DNA of 64,000 nucleotides from Macrostomum hystrix (GCA_950097015.1 CATNEN010000039.1:10788001-10852000); one strand, 5' to 3'. Shown: positions 11,800 to 24,297, counted from the stretch's first letter. Numbers and translations: made by a program. The notes: generated by a model from the letters alone, not told the origin.

Positions 11800-14075
11800 G
11801 ATTCTAGCTACGGCTCCTGCTGCGATTCTAGCTGCGGCTCCTGCTGCGATTCTAGCTGCGGCTCCTGCTGGATTCTAGCTACGGCTCCTGCTGCGATTCT
11901 GACTACGGCTCCTGCTGCGATTCTAGCTACGGCTCCTGCTGCGATTCTAGCTACGGCTCCTGCTGCGATTCTAGCTACGGCTCCTGCTGCGATTCTAGCT
12001 ACGGCTCCTGCTGCGATTCTAGCTGCGGCTCCTGCTGGATTCTTGCCACGGCTCCTGCTGCGATTCTGACTACGGCTCCTGCTGCGATTCTAGCTGCGGC
12101 TCCTGCTGGATTCTTGCTACGGCTCCTGCTGCGATTCTGACTACGGCTCCTGCTGCGATTCTTGCTACGGCTCCTGCTGGATTCTAGCTACGGCTCCTGC
12201 TGCGATTCTAGCTACGGCTCCTGCTGCGATTCTGACTACGGCTCCTGCTGCGATTCTGACTACGGCTCCTGCTGCGATTCTTGCTACGGCTCCTGCTGGA
12301 TTCTAGCTACGGCTCCTGCTGCGATTCTAGCTACGGCTCCTGCTGCGATTCTGACTACGGCTCCTGCTGGATTCTAGCTACGGCTCCTGCTGCGATTCTG
12401 ACTACGGCTCCTGCTGCGATTCTTGCTACGGCTCCTGCTGGATTCTAGCTACGGCTCCTGCTGCGATTCTAGCTACGGCTCCTGCTGCGATTCTGACTAC
12501 GGCTCCTGCTGCGATTCTGACTACGGCTCCTGCTGCGATTCTTGCTACGGCTCCTGCTGGATTCTAGCTACGGCTCCTGCTGCGATTCTGACTACGGCTC
12601 CTGCTGCGATTCTGACTACGGCTCCTGCTGCGATTCTTGCTACGGCTCCTGCTGGATTCTAGCTACGGCTCCTGCTGCGATTCTAGCTACGGCTCCTGCT
12701 GGATTCTAGCTACGGCTCCTGCTGCGATTCTGACTACGGCTCCTGCTGCGATTCTGACTACGGCTCCTGCTGCGATTCTGACTACGGCTCCTGCTGCGAT
12801 TCTGACTACGGCTCCTGCTGCGATTCTGACTACGGCTCCTGCTGCGATTCTAGCTACAGCTCCTGCTGCCATTCTTGCTACGGCTCCTGCTGGATTCTAG
12901 CTACGGCTCCTGCTGCGATTCTAGCTACGGCTCCTGCTGCGATTCTAGCTGCGGCTCCTGCTGCGATTCTAGCTACGGCTCCTGCTGCGATTCTGACTAC
13001 GGCTTCTGCTACGATTCTAGCTACGGCTCCTGTTACGATTCTAGCTGCGGCTCCTGCTGCAATTCTAGCTACGGCTCCTGCTGCGATTCCGACTACGGCT
13101 CCTGCTGCGATTCTGACTACGGCTCCTGCTGCGATTCTGACTACGGCTCCTGCTGCGATTCTAGCCACGGCTCCTGCTGCGATTCTGACTACGGCTCCTG
13201 CTGCGATTCTAGCTACAGCTCCTGCTGCCATTCTTGCTACGGCTCCTGCTGCGATTCTAGCTACGGCTCATGCTGCGATTCTGACTACGGCTCATGCTGC
13301 GATTCTGACTGCGGCTCCTGCTGCGATTCTTGCTACGGCTTCTGCTGCGATTCTAGCTACGGCTCCTGCTGCGATTCTAGCAACTGCTCCTGCTGCGATT
13401 CTAGCTACGGCTCCTGCTGCGATTCTAGCAACTGCTCCTGCTGCGATTCTAGCAACTGCTCCTGCTGCGATTCTAGCTACGGCTCCTGCTGCGATTCTAG
13501 CAACTGCTCCTGCTGCCATTCTTGCTACGGCTTCTGCTGCGATTCTAGCTACTGCTTGCTGCCATTCTTGCTACGGCTTCTGCTACGATTCTAGCTACGG
13601 CTCCTGCTACGATTCTAGCTACGGCTCCTGCTGCGATTCTAGCTACGGCTCCTGCTGCCATTCTAGCCACGGCTCCTGCTGGATTCTGACTACGGCTCCT
13701 GCTGCGATTCTGACTACGGCTCCTGCTGCCATTCTAGCTACGGCTCCTGCTGCCATTCTAGCTACGGCTCCTGCTGCGATTCTGACTACGGCTCCTGCTG
13801 CGATTCTGACTACGGCTACTGCTGCGATTCTAGCTACGGCTCCTGCTGCCATTCTAGCTACGGCTCCTGCTGCGATTCTGACTACGGCTCCTGCTACGAT
13901 TCTGACTACGGCTCCTGCTGCGATTCTGACTACGGCTACTGCTGCGATTCTGACTACGGCTCCTGCTGCGATTCTGACTACGGCTCCTGCTGCGATTCTA
14001 GCTACGGCTCCTGCTGCGATTCTGACTACGTCTCCTGCTGCGATTCTGACTACGGCTCGATCCTGCTGCGATTCT
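11800..14075. repeat. Intergenic 21-bp satellite (~105 copies)
   Basis: (gattctagctacggctcctgctgc)-type units with variant ta/ga/tg cores and occasional 1-bp deletions. Confidence 0.95.
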
Positions 14076-14509
14076 TGGTAGTTCACATTGTGCGGCAGCT
14101 CGTAAAAAACTAAAGTTGCCAAAGTACTTACTCAGAGTAGCAAATCATGCGTTTAGCAGATCCGAATGCTGCTGTGGGCGGGACCGAACAGCCAGCCCTT
14201 AGTGCCAGCCGGTAATTTAATCCCCACAGCCAGCTGTTAACACGGCAGATCCCACACTGGGAAGAAGACTCAATGCCTGCCCTAAACAATGTTACTAAAA
14301 TCCCTTGCTTTCCCTCAGGTTAAGTCTTGGCTATAGAAAGGAAATCTTGTTCAGAGCCCCGTACTTCATTGCGAGCTTCGAGATAAAGAAAATATTCTAG
14401 GCTAAGGATTATCATGCCTTTGCTCAGGAAGTTATTCTGAATACATTGTTCACTTTCTTGACAATGCGAAACAAAAGAAAAAGAGACTGGTTCTACTATG
14501 AAAATGAGC

Positions 14510-14885
14510 AGAATCGAAAAGAGGAGAATACTAGAATCGTAGCAGGAGCTAGCTGTAGCTAGAATCGAAAGAGGAGAATAAGCTAGAATCGTATCTAGAA
14601 TCGAAAGAGGAGCCGTTGCTGGAATCACATCAGGAGCAGAATCGAAGGAGGAGAATGAGCTAGAATCGTAGCAGGAGCTAGCTGTAGCTAGAATCGTAGC
14701 AGGAGCTGTAGCAAGAATCGAATGAGGAGCCGTTGCTAGAATCGCATCAGGAGCAGAATCAAAAGAGGATAATAAGCTAGAATCGCAGCAGGAGCTATAG
14801 TTAGAATCGCAGCAGGAGCCGTAGCAAGAATCGCAGCAGGGATCGAAGCAAGAATCGCAGCAGGAGCCGTGCCTATAATCGGACG
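14510..14885. repeat. Inverted, more diverged copies of the 11800-14075 satellite
   Basis: gcagcaggagccgtagcaagaatc is the reverse complement of the upstream unit. Confidence 0.85.
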
Positions 14886-15576
14886 TGACACTTAATTCCT
14901 CACTGCTTTTATATGCCAAGCCGTAAAATGAGTTGGGTGTGGCCCACTGCCCCTTGTCCGTGGACTGAACCGCTGTACACGCAGCCATTTTATACGTGTT
15001 CTTCCACTGCACAATTAAGCTGGCAGTTAGCAGCCATTGTTGAATTCTAATGCGAAGGTACTTTTTTAGAAAGTTATTTTGACATCTCGCCATGCCCCTC
15101 AAAAAAGTTCCCAAAATTTTCGCCCTAGTCTTCAAAATTCTTCTTTCGCCATTTTTTTACCTTCTTCCATTGGAAATTAAATCCTGCCATTGCTTTACAA
15201 ATTCTTTTGAGCATGGGCTGGGTCTATTCTCAGCTTTCAGGACCGCCTGCCTCAGTCGGCTAACATATGGCGAGCGATCTTGAGCTGAGGAGAGACGGAG
15301 AGAGTCGAGAGTGGAGATAGCGAGAGCGTCTTTCCCTTTTCCTGTCGCTTGAGATTTATAATAATCACTTCCGCTGCGGCCACGCGCGGCGTGGACAGAA
15401 GCAAACGCGAGACGGGGAGACAAAAAAAGAACTAAGAAAAGGCACAACTAGAGCTAGCTGTTCCTTTCCTTTCAAATATAAATTATTTTACACCTCCGGA
15501 GTCGAGTGTTATGGTTGCAAGCCAAGCGGACGAGTAAGACACGCAGCGCAATCCCCTGCCGAAACCACAGTTGAAG

Positions 15577-16419
15577 ATGTACCTGGCAATTTACAACGCC
15601 GTCTCCTTCTTCTTGGGCCTTGTGCTGGTTAGCGCAGGGTTTTTCCTGGCCGGCCAGAAGACCCAGGTGTACGATCTGTACGGACTAACATTTCCGATGG
15701 CCCTGCTGATTGTTATTTCAATCGGCATCACCGTGGCGGCTCTGGTGTCGGACACCTCCTTCTACAAAAACCGCTCGTCAGTTGGCAGCTGTCAGGTAAA
15801 AATTCAGCTAGAAATGATTCGATTGTGCGAGTATAAAATACAAGCGCCACTCTTTTTGAAAAACCTAACCTCACAGATCCTCATATTCCTGATGCTAATT
15901 GTGCTCATACTAAGCCTGGAATTGTCAGCAGCTGTAGCAGGCCTAGCCATGCCTGCCTACGTGCAAACTCGAGCTAACAACATCATCCAACGCCAGATGG
16001 CGAAATACGCGGCGGCTAACTCCAGCGCGTCACCTGTCGACGGTCGCGAGCCGTGGATCGATGTGGTTCAGCGCACATTTCACTGCTGCGGCTTGAACGG
16101 CTCCGCAGACTGGCTGCGCTATCAGCCGCGACAGCCGGTCAGCTGTTGCGCAACACTTCAAGCATCGGCATCGACGCCAAAGCTATCCAGAAGCTGTAAC
16201 TCTAGCAGTCTTCATCCCGCCGGCTGTGGCGGCGTCATCCGCTCCTGGCTTCAGGGCGAAGTGCGCATCTTTGCATCGCTGGCCGTGGGTGTCTGCCTGC
16301 TTCAGCTGGCAGGCCTGGGCGCGACTCTCTACCGGAAGTGCACCAAGTGGCGACCCAGGCTGCCGCCACAGAACGAGGAGCTCATTGACTGCGCCGGTTC
16401 AAGTGGTGAAAAACGCTGA
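15577..16419 (+). CDS. Tetraspanin (~253 aa)
   Basis: Exons 15577-15795 and 15877-16419 with an 81-nt GT-AG intron. Four hydrophobic segments; the large extracellular loop has FHCCG, PVSCC and GC motifs. The start codon is uncertain because an acceptor-like CAG at 15570 suggests an upstream exon or splice. Confidence 0.85.
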   Translation: MYLAIYNAVSFFLGLVLVSAGFFLAGQKTQVYDLYGLTFPMALLIVISIGITVAALVSDTSFYKNRSSVGSCQVKIQLEMIRLCEYKIQAPLFLKNLTSQILIFLMLIVLILSLELSAAVAGLAMPAYVQTRANNIIQRQMAKYAAANSSASPVDGREPWIDVVQRTFHCCGLNGSADWLRYQPRQPVSCCATLQASASTPKLSRSCNSSSLHPAGCGGVIRSWLQGEVRIFASLAVGVCLLQLAGLGATLYRKCTKWRPRLPPQNEELIDCAGSSGEKR

Positions 16420-17149
16420 TGCCAATACGCAGGAAATCGAGGGGGTTGTTTGTGCTAGTCCACTATACTAACTCTGTCTTTATTGTTGCAGTAGGGCACC
16501 ATGTTGGGTTTTGATTCTCGTTTTTCTAGTTTATAGCGCTGTTTTCGGCTTTTTAATTTCTTGGGGTTCCGTTTCATACCTCACGGAATAGGCATTTCAA
16601 ATCATTTTGGTGGTTGTATTCTAAGGCTATTAATATCTATCGAAAACAGGGTCAATCTGTGTACTCGAACCAATGTTGGTAATGTTGGGTTGGCAACCTT
16701 ACGGGCCAAAGAGGAAGTCCAAATAACACGAAAGCGGGGCCTGCTTGTAAAAATGAGACGTGGTCTTGACTGTGAGCATGCCGCATCTGGCCCGGGGACG
16801 GGAGGTTTCCGGCCCATGGCTGCGACGATTCTTGCTGAAAAATCAGTAGAAACCATTTTTTGCCTTTTCCCAGTCTTTCAATTTCCGAAAATTGGCTAAG
16901 TAGAGTAGTCAGATGCAGGCGAGATTCCATAAGCCAAAAAATCTCGAGGTTTTCGGTAGATTAGCTGGTTGATGGTCGAATCGTGTTTTCAGAATTATAT
17001 ATCATTTATTTGCTTTTTAATCCTTGAAAATCCGTGTTGAGTAAAGTCATTTCTTAGAATTAGATAATGGTGTCAGGCCATCTGTTAGCTAGTCAGCTTT
17101 GAAACCATGACTTTATCCTTTTTTCTGTGTTTAAATTTTTTTATATTTT

Positions 17150-17255
17150 TGCGACTCAGTTTGTTAGAGTTGCGGAATTCTCACGGAGGTCATGAGTTCG
17201 ATTCTCAGTCCAATTGGAAAATTGTCTCCTTAAGCAAGACCCTCGATTCCCTAGT
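17150..17255 (+). mobile_element. tRNA-derived SINE head with CORE-like segment
   Basis: A-box-like gactcagtttgttagag, B-box-like gagttcgattct, then ttgtctccttaagcaagaccct. Confidence 0.55.
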
Positions 17256-17667
17256 GAGCCGGATATAATCTATTTTTCTCTTTCTATTTTTAGCGTCATT
17301 TTCAATCTACTTGCTTCTTTTTTTCCACTGGAAAACTGTCGTGCTTCTCACAAAAGCTACTGTTAGTAGACAAAAGTTATAATTCGTAAAAAACGAGGAT
17401 AAAATATGAGAAAATCGATAGTCGTTAGTTTTTAATCAAAAGTCCCGTCAGAAAATATATACCGTTTTTCCGATCAGGAAAACTAAAAAATATGTTTTAT
17501 TGTAGCAGAGGGTTACATTTCTTGTTTAAATAAATAATGAATGGTTTCGTTAAGGCCTATTTGGTGGCATAAAAACTTTTTCTATAATAGTGCTGTGTTG
17601 ACTGTCTTTAAAATCGCAAAGTTGCGGTTAAATAAATAATACGAGCGTTGTTTGGCATTGACAGAAT

Positions 17668-20201
17668 TCACGGCGATGGCGTCTTGTAGACAATGAAGAT
17701 GTACTTTCCATGCCGGAATACGAATGAGAAGGCCGGCTCGTGTCCGTAGTAGCACCAGAACTCGCCGTTCACCGCGATCACGTGCCACAGGAAGCCGAGC
17801 TTCGAGTCCAGCTGGCTCTTGATCCACTTTGGCGCGTCCTGAGATTCAGAAAATATTCGGAACTATAAGTAATCGGAATAGAATTGATTGATTAGAAACT
17901 TTTACAATCCGAAACTTTAGAAATCCAAAAATTATAGAAATCGGAAAATTCTGATATTCAAAACGTCAGAAAGCCAACACTTTTCAAAATCCGGAAATTC
18001 TAGATTCCGAAACTTCATAAAGACGAACTTTTAGATAGGAGAAACTTGAAGATACTCGAAATTTAATCAGCACATTTCAAACCTTCATGTGCTGGTTGAG
18101 GCGCACGCCGTCCAGACAAATTTCTGCAACCGTCGCCTGCATCTCTGGCGACATGTCACCAGAGATGTACTGGACTGCGGGCGCTGAAGACTCGCCCGAG
18201 GCGACCGATGCTCGGCTGTGCAGCTCCTGGCGCCTGAGAATTATATGATGTATGAGAAACATGAGAATCTGGGGCATGAGAATCTGGGACATGAGAGTCT
18301 GGGGCATGAGAATCTGGGGCATGAGAATCTGGGGCATGAGAATCTGGGACATGAGAATCTGGGACATGAGAATCTGGGACATGAGAATCTGGGACATGAG
18401 AGTCTGGGGCATGAGAATCTGGGACATGAGAATCTGGGACATGAGAATCTGGGACATGAGAATCTGGGACATGAGAATCTGGGGCATGAGAATCTGGGAC
18501 ATGAGAATCTGGGACATGAGAATCTGGGACATGAGAATCTGGGACATGAGAATCTGGGGCATGAGAGTCTGGGGCATGAGAATCTGAGACATGAGAATCT
18601 GGGACATGAGAATCTGGGACATGAGAATCTGGGACATGAGAATCTGGGACATGAGAATCTGGGACATGAGAATCTGGGACATGAGAATCTGAGACATGAT
18701 AGATTGAGACATGAGAATCTGGGACATGAGAATCTAGTACATGAGAGTCTGGGGCATGAGAATCTGGGACATGAGAATCTGGGACATGAGAATCTGGGAC
18801 ATGAGAATCTGGGACATGAGAATCTGGGGCATGAGAATCTGGGACATGAGAATCTGGGACATGAGAATCTGGGACATGAGAATCTGGGACATGAGAATCT
18901 GGGGCATGAGAGTCTGGGGCATGAGAATCTGAGACATGAGAATCTGGGACATGAGAATCTGGGACATGAGAATCTGGGACATGAGAATCTGGGACATGAG
19001 AATCTGGGACATGAGAATCTGGGACATGAGAATCTGAGACATGATAGATTGAGACATGAGAATCTGGGACATGAGAATCTAGTACATGAGAATCTGGGAC
19101 ATGAGAGTCTGAGGCATGAGAGTCTGGGGCATGAGAATCTGGGACATGAGAATCTGGGACATGAGAATCTGGGACATGAGAATCTGGGACATGAGAATCT
19201 GGGACATGAGAATCTGGGACATGAGAATCTGAGACATGAGAATCTAGGACATGAGAATCTGGGACATGAGAATCTGGGACATGAGAATCTGGGACATGAG
19301 AATCTGGGACATGAGAATCTGGGACATGAGAATCTGGGACATGAGAATCTGGGACATGAGAATCTGAGACATGATAGATTGAGACATGAGAATCTGGGAC
19401 ATGAGAATCTAGTACATGAGAATCTGGGACATGAGAGTCTGAGGCATGAGAGTCTGGGGCATGAGAATCTGGGACATGAGAATCTGAGACATGAGAATCT
19501 GGGACATGAGAATCTGGGACATGAGAATCTGGGACATGAGAATCTGGGACATGAGAATCTGGGACATGAGAATCTGGGACATGAGAATCTGGGACATGAG
19601 AATCTGGGACATGATAGATTAAGACATGAGAATCTGGGACATAGATTGAGACATGAGAATCTGGGACATGAGAATCTGGGACATGAGAATCTGGGACATG
19701 ATAGATTAAGACATGAGAATCTGGGACATAGATTGAGACATGAGAATCTGGGACATGAGAATCTGGGACATGAGAATCTGGGGCATGAGAGTCTGGGACA
19801 TGAGAGTCTGAGGCATGAGAGTCTGGGGCATGAGAAGTCCATCAGAAGCTTCACTTCACTCACATGCTGTCAGCGCTGATGCCGAGAGTGTCACAGAAAG
19901 ACTGCAAGTCGATCTTGCCGCTATTGTCCGTGTCAAGAACCCGCATCCATTTCTGTAGGAGAAAAAACAAAATATTTTAGGTGAGATACAGATAAAACTG
20001 TAGAGATTCAGGTTGAGATCCAGATCTAGGAAACCAGGAAACCAGAGAGATTCAGGCATAGAGTCAGGACTCAGGGAGTCTCACCCTGATGAAGCTGTCA
20101 TCGCTGCCCTGCTGTTTCATATGAGCTGCCAGGTCGGCCGTGTTGATAATTCCTCTGCCGTTTCGATCAACAGTCAGCCAGGCCTCCTTGAAGCTTTCCA
20201 T
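17668..20201 (-). CDS. EF-hand + dynein light chain domain protein (tegumental allergen-like, TAL/Sm20.8-type), 175 aa
   Basis: Exons (minus) 20201-20085, 19952-19864, 18233-18083, 17838-17668, all GT-AG and phase-consistent. Translation: MESFKEAWLTVDRNGRGIINTADLAAHMKQQGSDDSFIRKWMRVLDTDNSGKIDLQSFCDTLGISADSMRQELHSRASVASGESSAPAVQYISGDMSPEMQATVAEICLDGVRLNQHMKDAPKWIKSQLDSKLGFLWHVIAVNGEFWCYYGHEPAFSFVFRHGKYIFIVYKTPSP. It has two EF-hand-like loops followed by an LC8-type domain (DM...MQ, IK..LD...G..WHV). Confidence 0.9.
18252..19836. repeat. 15-bp minisatellite (~105 copies) in TAL-gene intron 2, with higher-order structure
   Basis: (catgagaatctggga)n; the variant block gatagattgagac...ctagtac recurs every ~330-345 bp. 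Confidence 0.95.
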
Positions 20202-20549
20202 GGCAACCTGTTTGGTATCTATTTTTTTAGTTTAAGAAAATTCTTACTCAGATAACTGTTGGGGTTTTGGTTGAGCGCGGCTATTTCAAACAAATTCTGT
20301 GTTTTGTTGATCTTCACAATGCTGCAGCACCCTCATTGGTTGACTGTTTTTAAGCCGCATGGCAACATAAACTGGGCCATTGTGCCGCAGCTGTCTGCTC
20401 AGGAGAATACTGAACTCAATTTGAGTCAACGCGATGAGCATAGAAACCCGACGCACCAAATTAGGCTTGATATTCTTGTTCCGGAGTGGCAAATCAACAG
20501 ACATTAGGATTAACAAGATTTTTCTTCCCACGTTGCCTCTTCTTTACTG

Positions 20550-21045
20550 TCTCCTCCTTTTCCTTCTCTTCCTTTTCTTCTCTCCCTCTCCTTCTCTCCC
20601 TCTTCTTCTCTCCCTCTCCCTCTCCCTCTCATTCTCTCCCTCTCCTTCTCTCCCTCTTCTTCTCTCCCTCTTCTTCTCTCCCTCTTCTTCTCTCCCTCTC
20701 CCTCTCCCTCTCCTTCTCTCCCTCTCCTTCTCTCCTTTTCCTTCTCTTTCTCTTCTTCTCTCCCTCTTCTTCTCTCCCTCTTCTTCTCTCCCTCTCCCTC
20801 TCCCTCTCCTTCTCTCCCTCTCCTTCTCTCCTTTTCCTTCTCTTTCTCTTCTTCTCTCCCTCTCCCTCTCCCTCTCATTCTCTCCCTCTCCTTCTCTCCC
20901 TCTTCTTCTCTCCCTCTTCTTCTCTCCCTCTCCCTCTCCCTCTCCTTCTCTCCCTCTCCTTCTCTCCTTTTCCTTCTCTTTCTCTTCTTCTCTCCCTCTC
21001 CCTGTCCCTCTCCTTCTCTCCTCTCCGTCTCTCCCTCTCCTTATT
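20550..21045. repeat. ~500-bp CT-only polypyrimidine/polypurine tract
   Basis: Almost exclusively C/T on the plus strand, with duplicated internal blocks. Confidence 0.9.
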
Positions 21046-21659
21046 TTTCTTTCACTATCTTCTCAGTAAACATTGTCAATCCGTTAAGTTGACTATTTTC
21101 GGTGATGGCGTTATAGCGTTCCCATAGGAAAGAATTAAATAAAGTTTCAAAACAATTTTCCTGCACATACCAGAACTCAGTTGGATGCAAGTTAGACAGA
21201 AAATATGCAACTCTAATTCAAAGTTAGTTTTCTATGTTATCCTTCAAAACGACTGTGTGTGGTCCAGAACGACAATGTCAACAAGAGTGCTTAGCCAGCT
21301 ATAGATGTCCCATACTTCGGGCTTAGGTTGATAGAGAGAAGATTTGTGAGGCCACTTTTTATACAGCTCAAGTCTAGTTTCTGTTTGTCTTTCATCCAAG
21401 TATATTATTATCTAAAACGAAGCGTGTTCAACTAAATTCCTGAATAATCTGCTATGCGAACCAGATGATGCAAACGGTTACTCTTCACGCACAGAGCGAG
21501 TGAGAGCTCGATTCTTGCGAAAGTAAACTCGGCGAGTTCTTGGAATTTTCTAAGAAACGCGTCATTTTTTGTTAGGTGGGCAAACAGGGTTCTCAAGAAA
21601 CTGACTCTGGGTCGCGGTGAGGCTTGTTAACTATTGTGGGATGAAAATGCATACATACT

Positions 21660-22610
21660 AATGAGAAAGTGAGATTGGTGGGCTAGAGAATGAGTTGATA
21701 TTGTTAGAGAAAGTGAGATTGATAATGCTCAAGAAGGTGAGATTGATAGGGCGAGAAAAAGTGTGATTGATAAGGCTAGAGAAAGTAAGATTGATGGAAC
21801 TAGAGAAAGTGAGATTGATAAGGCTAGAGAAAGTGAGATTGATGGGGTTAGAGAAAGTGAGATTGATAAAAATAGAGAAAGTGAGATTGATAAAGCTAGA
21901 GAAAGTGAAATTGATAAGGCTGGAGAAAGTGAGATTGATGGGGTTAGAGAAAGTGAGATTGATAAAGCTAGAGAAATTGAGATTGATAAAGCTAGAGAAA
22001 TTGAGATTGATAAAGCTAGAGAAATTGAGATTGATAAAAATAGAGAAAGTGAGATTAATAAAGCTAGAGAAAGTGAGATTGATAAGGCTGGAGAAAGTGA
22101 GATTGATGGGGTTAGAGAAAGTGAGATTGATAAGGCTAGAGAAAGTGAGATTGATAAGGCTGGAGAAAGTGAGATTGATGGGGTTAGAGAAAGTGAGATT
22201 GATAAGGCTAGAGAAAGTGAGATTGATAAGGCTGGAGAAAGTGAGATTGATGGGGTTAGAGAAAGTGAGATTGATAAGGCTAGAGAAAGTGAGATTGATG
22301 GGGTTAGAGAAAGTGAGATTGATAAAAGTAGAGAAAGTGAGATTGATAAAGCTAAAGAAAGTGAGATTGGTGGAACTAGAGAAAGTGAGATCGATAAGGC
22401 TAGAGAAAGTGAGACTGATAAAAATAGGGAAATTGAGATTGATAATGCTAGAGAAAGTGAGATAGATAAAGCTAGAGAAAGTGAGATTAATGGGGTTTGA
22501 GAAAGTGAGATAGATGGGCTAGAGAATATGAGAGTGATAGTTTTAGAGGAAGTGAGATTGACAAGACTAAACAAGGTGAGATTGATAAGTTTAGAGACAG
22601 TGAGATCGAT
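21660..22610. repeat. 24-bp purine-rich minisatellite upstream of the TAL gene
   Basis: (agagaaagtgagattgataaggct)n. Confidence 0.93.
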
Positions 22611-23159
22611 GGGTCATGGAAAGTAAGATAGGGTCAGAGATTGAGACTATCGGGGTGACGGTTTGTGAATTTTCTTTACAAACTGAAAATATAGATGTTC
22701 GCTTCACCTCCTACTTATGCAAGATTGAGCAGTAGTCTAAAGCGCACATGCAAGGCGATGAGTTTGATTGCTATGATTAGGCAAGTCCGGGTCGGAGCCT
22801 CAGTGACTAGAGGCCATCAGATTTAATTGGCGAATTCTGCAGTTTGAGCAAATGCGAGCAGCTATCGCAGGTGCACGCACAGCTGCAGGACGGCATTGTG
22901 GTCCAGTTTGATCCAGTTTCTTATCTCGGCACGGCAACAAAAATTCGGCTGAACGTCGAAGCGCTGCCCAACGGGAGACGAAAAAAACTAGAAAACAAAA
23001 AAATATTAGACACTATAGCGTTGCCATGACACAATGAACGACTCTAACCTTAACAGAAGATTAATATACCTACTTCAGATTGCCTATCAGATGGCCTATC
23101 GTTTCATATCGTTATAATTTTTTTTTTAATTCAAAACGCTGTGAAACTTCACAGAGGTC

Positions 23160-24297
23160 TGTACATGAGAGTACAGTGACATACTATTGCTAGTGTACAT
23201 GTGAGTACAGTGACATACTATTGCTAGTGTACATGAGAGTACAGTGACATACTATTGCTAGTGTACATGAGAGTACAGTGACATACTATTGCTAGTGTAC
23301 ATGAGAGTGACATACTATTGCTAGTGTACATGAGAGTACAGTGACATACTATTGCTAGTGTACATGAGATTACAGTGACATACTATTGCTAGTGTACATG
23401 AGAGTGACATACTATTGCTAGTGTACATGAGAGTACAGTGACATACTATTGCTAGTGTACATGAGAGTGACATACTATTGCTAGTGTACATGAGAGTACA
23501 GTGACATACTATTGCTAGTGTACATGAGAGTACAGTGACATACTATTGCTAGTGTACATGAGAGTGACATACTATTGCTAGTGTACATGAGAGTACAGTG
23601 ACATACTAGTGCTAGTGTACATGAGAGTGACAGACTGCTGCTAGTGTACATGAGAGTGTACAGACTGCTGCTAGTGTACATGAGAGTGACAGACTGCTGC
23701 TAGTGTACATGAGAGTGACAGACTGCTGCTAGTGTACATGAGAGTGACAGACTGCTGCTAGTGTACATGAGAGTGACAGACTGTTGCTAGTGTACATGAG
23801 AGTGACAGACTGCTGCTAGTGTACATGAGAGTGTACAGACTGCTGCTAGTGTACATGAGAGTGACAGACTGCTGCTAGTGTACATGAGAGTGTACAGACT
23901 GCTGCTAGTGTACATGAGAGTGACAGACTGCTGCTAGTGTACATGAGAGTGTACAGACTGCTGCTAGTGTACATGAGAGTGACAGACTGCTGCTAGTGTA
24001 CATGAGAGTGACAGACTGCTGCTAGTGTACATGAGAGTGTACAGACTGCTGCTAGTGTACATGAGAGTGACAGACTGCTGCTAGTGTACATGAGAGTGTA
24101 CAGACTGCTGCTAGTGTACATGAGAGTGTACAGACTGCTGCTAGTGTACATGAGAGTGACAGACTGTTGCTAGTGTACATGAGAGTGACAGACTGCTGCT
24201 AGTGTACATGAGAGTGTACAGACTGCTGCTAGTGTACATGAGAGTGTACAGACTGCTGCTAGTGTACATGAGAGTGACAGACTGCTGCTAGTGTACA
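23160..24297. repeat. Intergenic 34-bp array switching to a 29/30-bp variant
   Basis: (gtacatgagagtacagtgacatactattgctagt)n, then (gtacatgagagtgacagactgctgctagt)n. Confidence 0.95.

Noticed and set aside
12162-13594. Cys-rich CCDSSYGS ORFs resembling keratin-associated proteins or metallothionein
   Set aside because: Translation of a 21-bp satellite with frequent 1-bp frameshifts, non-ATG starts and no signal peptide.
15511-15570. Short ATG exon plus 37-nt intron as the tetraspanin start
   Set aside because: Splicing 15533 to 15571 is out of phase with the tetraspanin frame.
18218-19879. 553-aa HENLG and 540-aa CPRFS repeat ORFs
   Set aside because: A 15-bp array inside intron 2 of the TAL gene, open on both strands, with no unique coding flanks.
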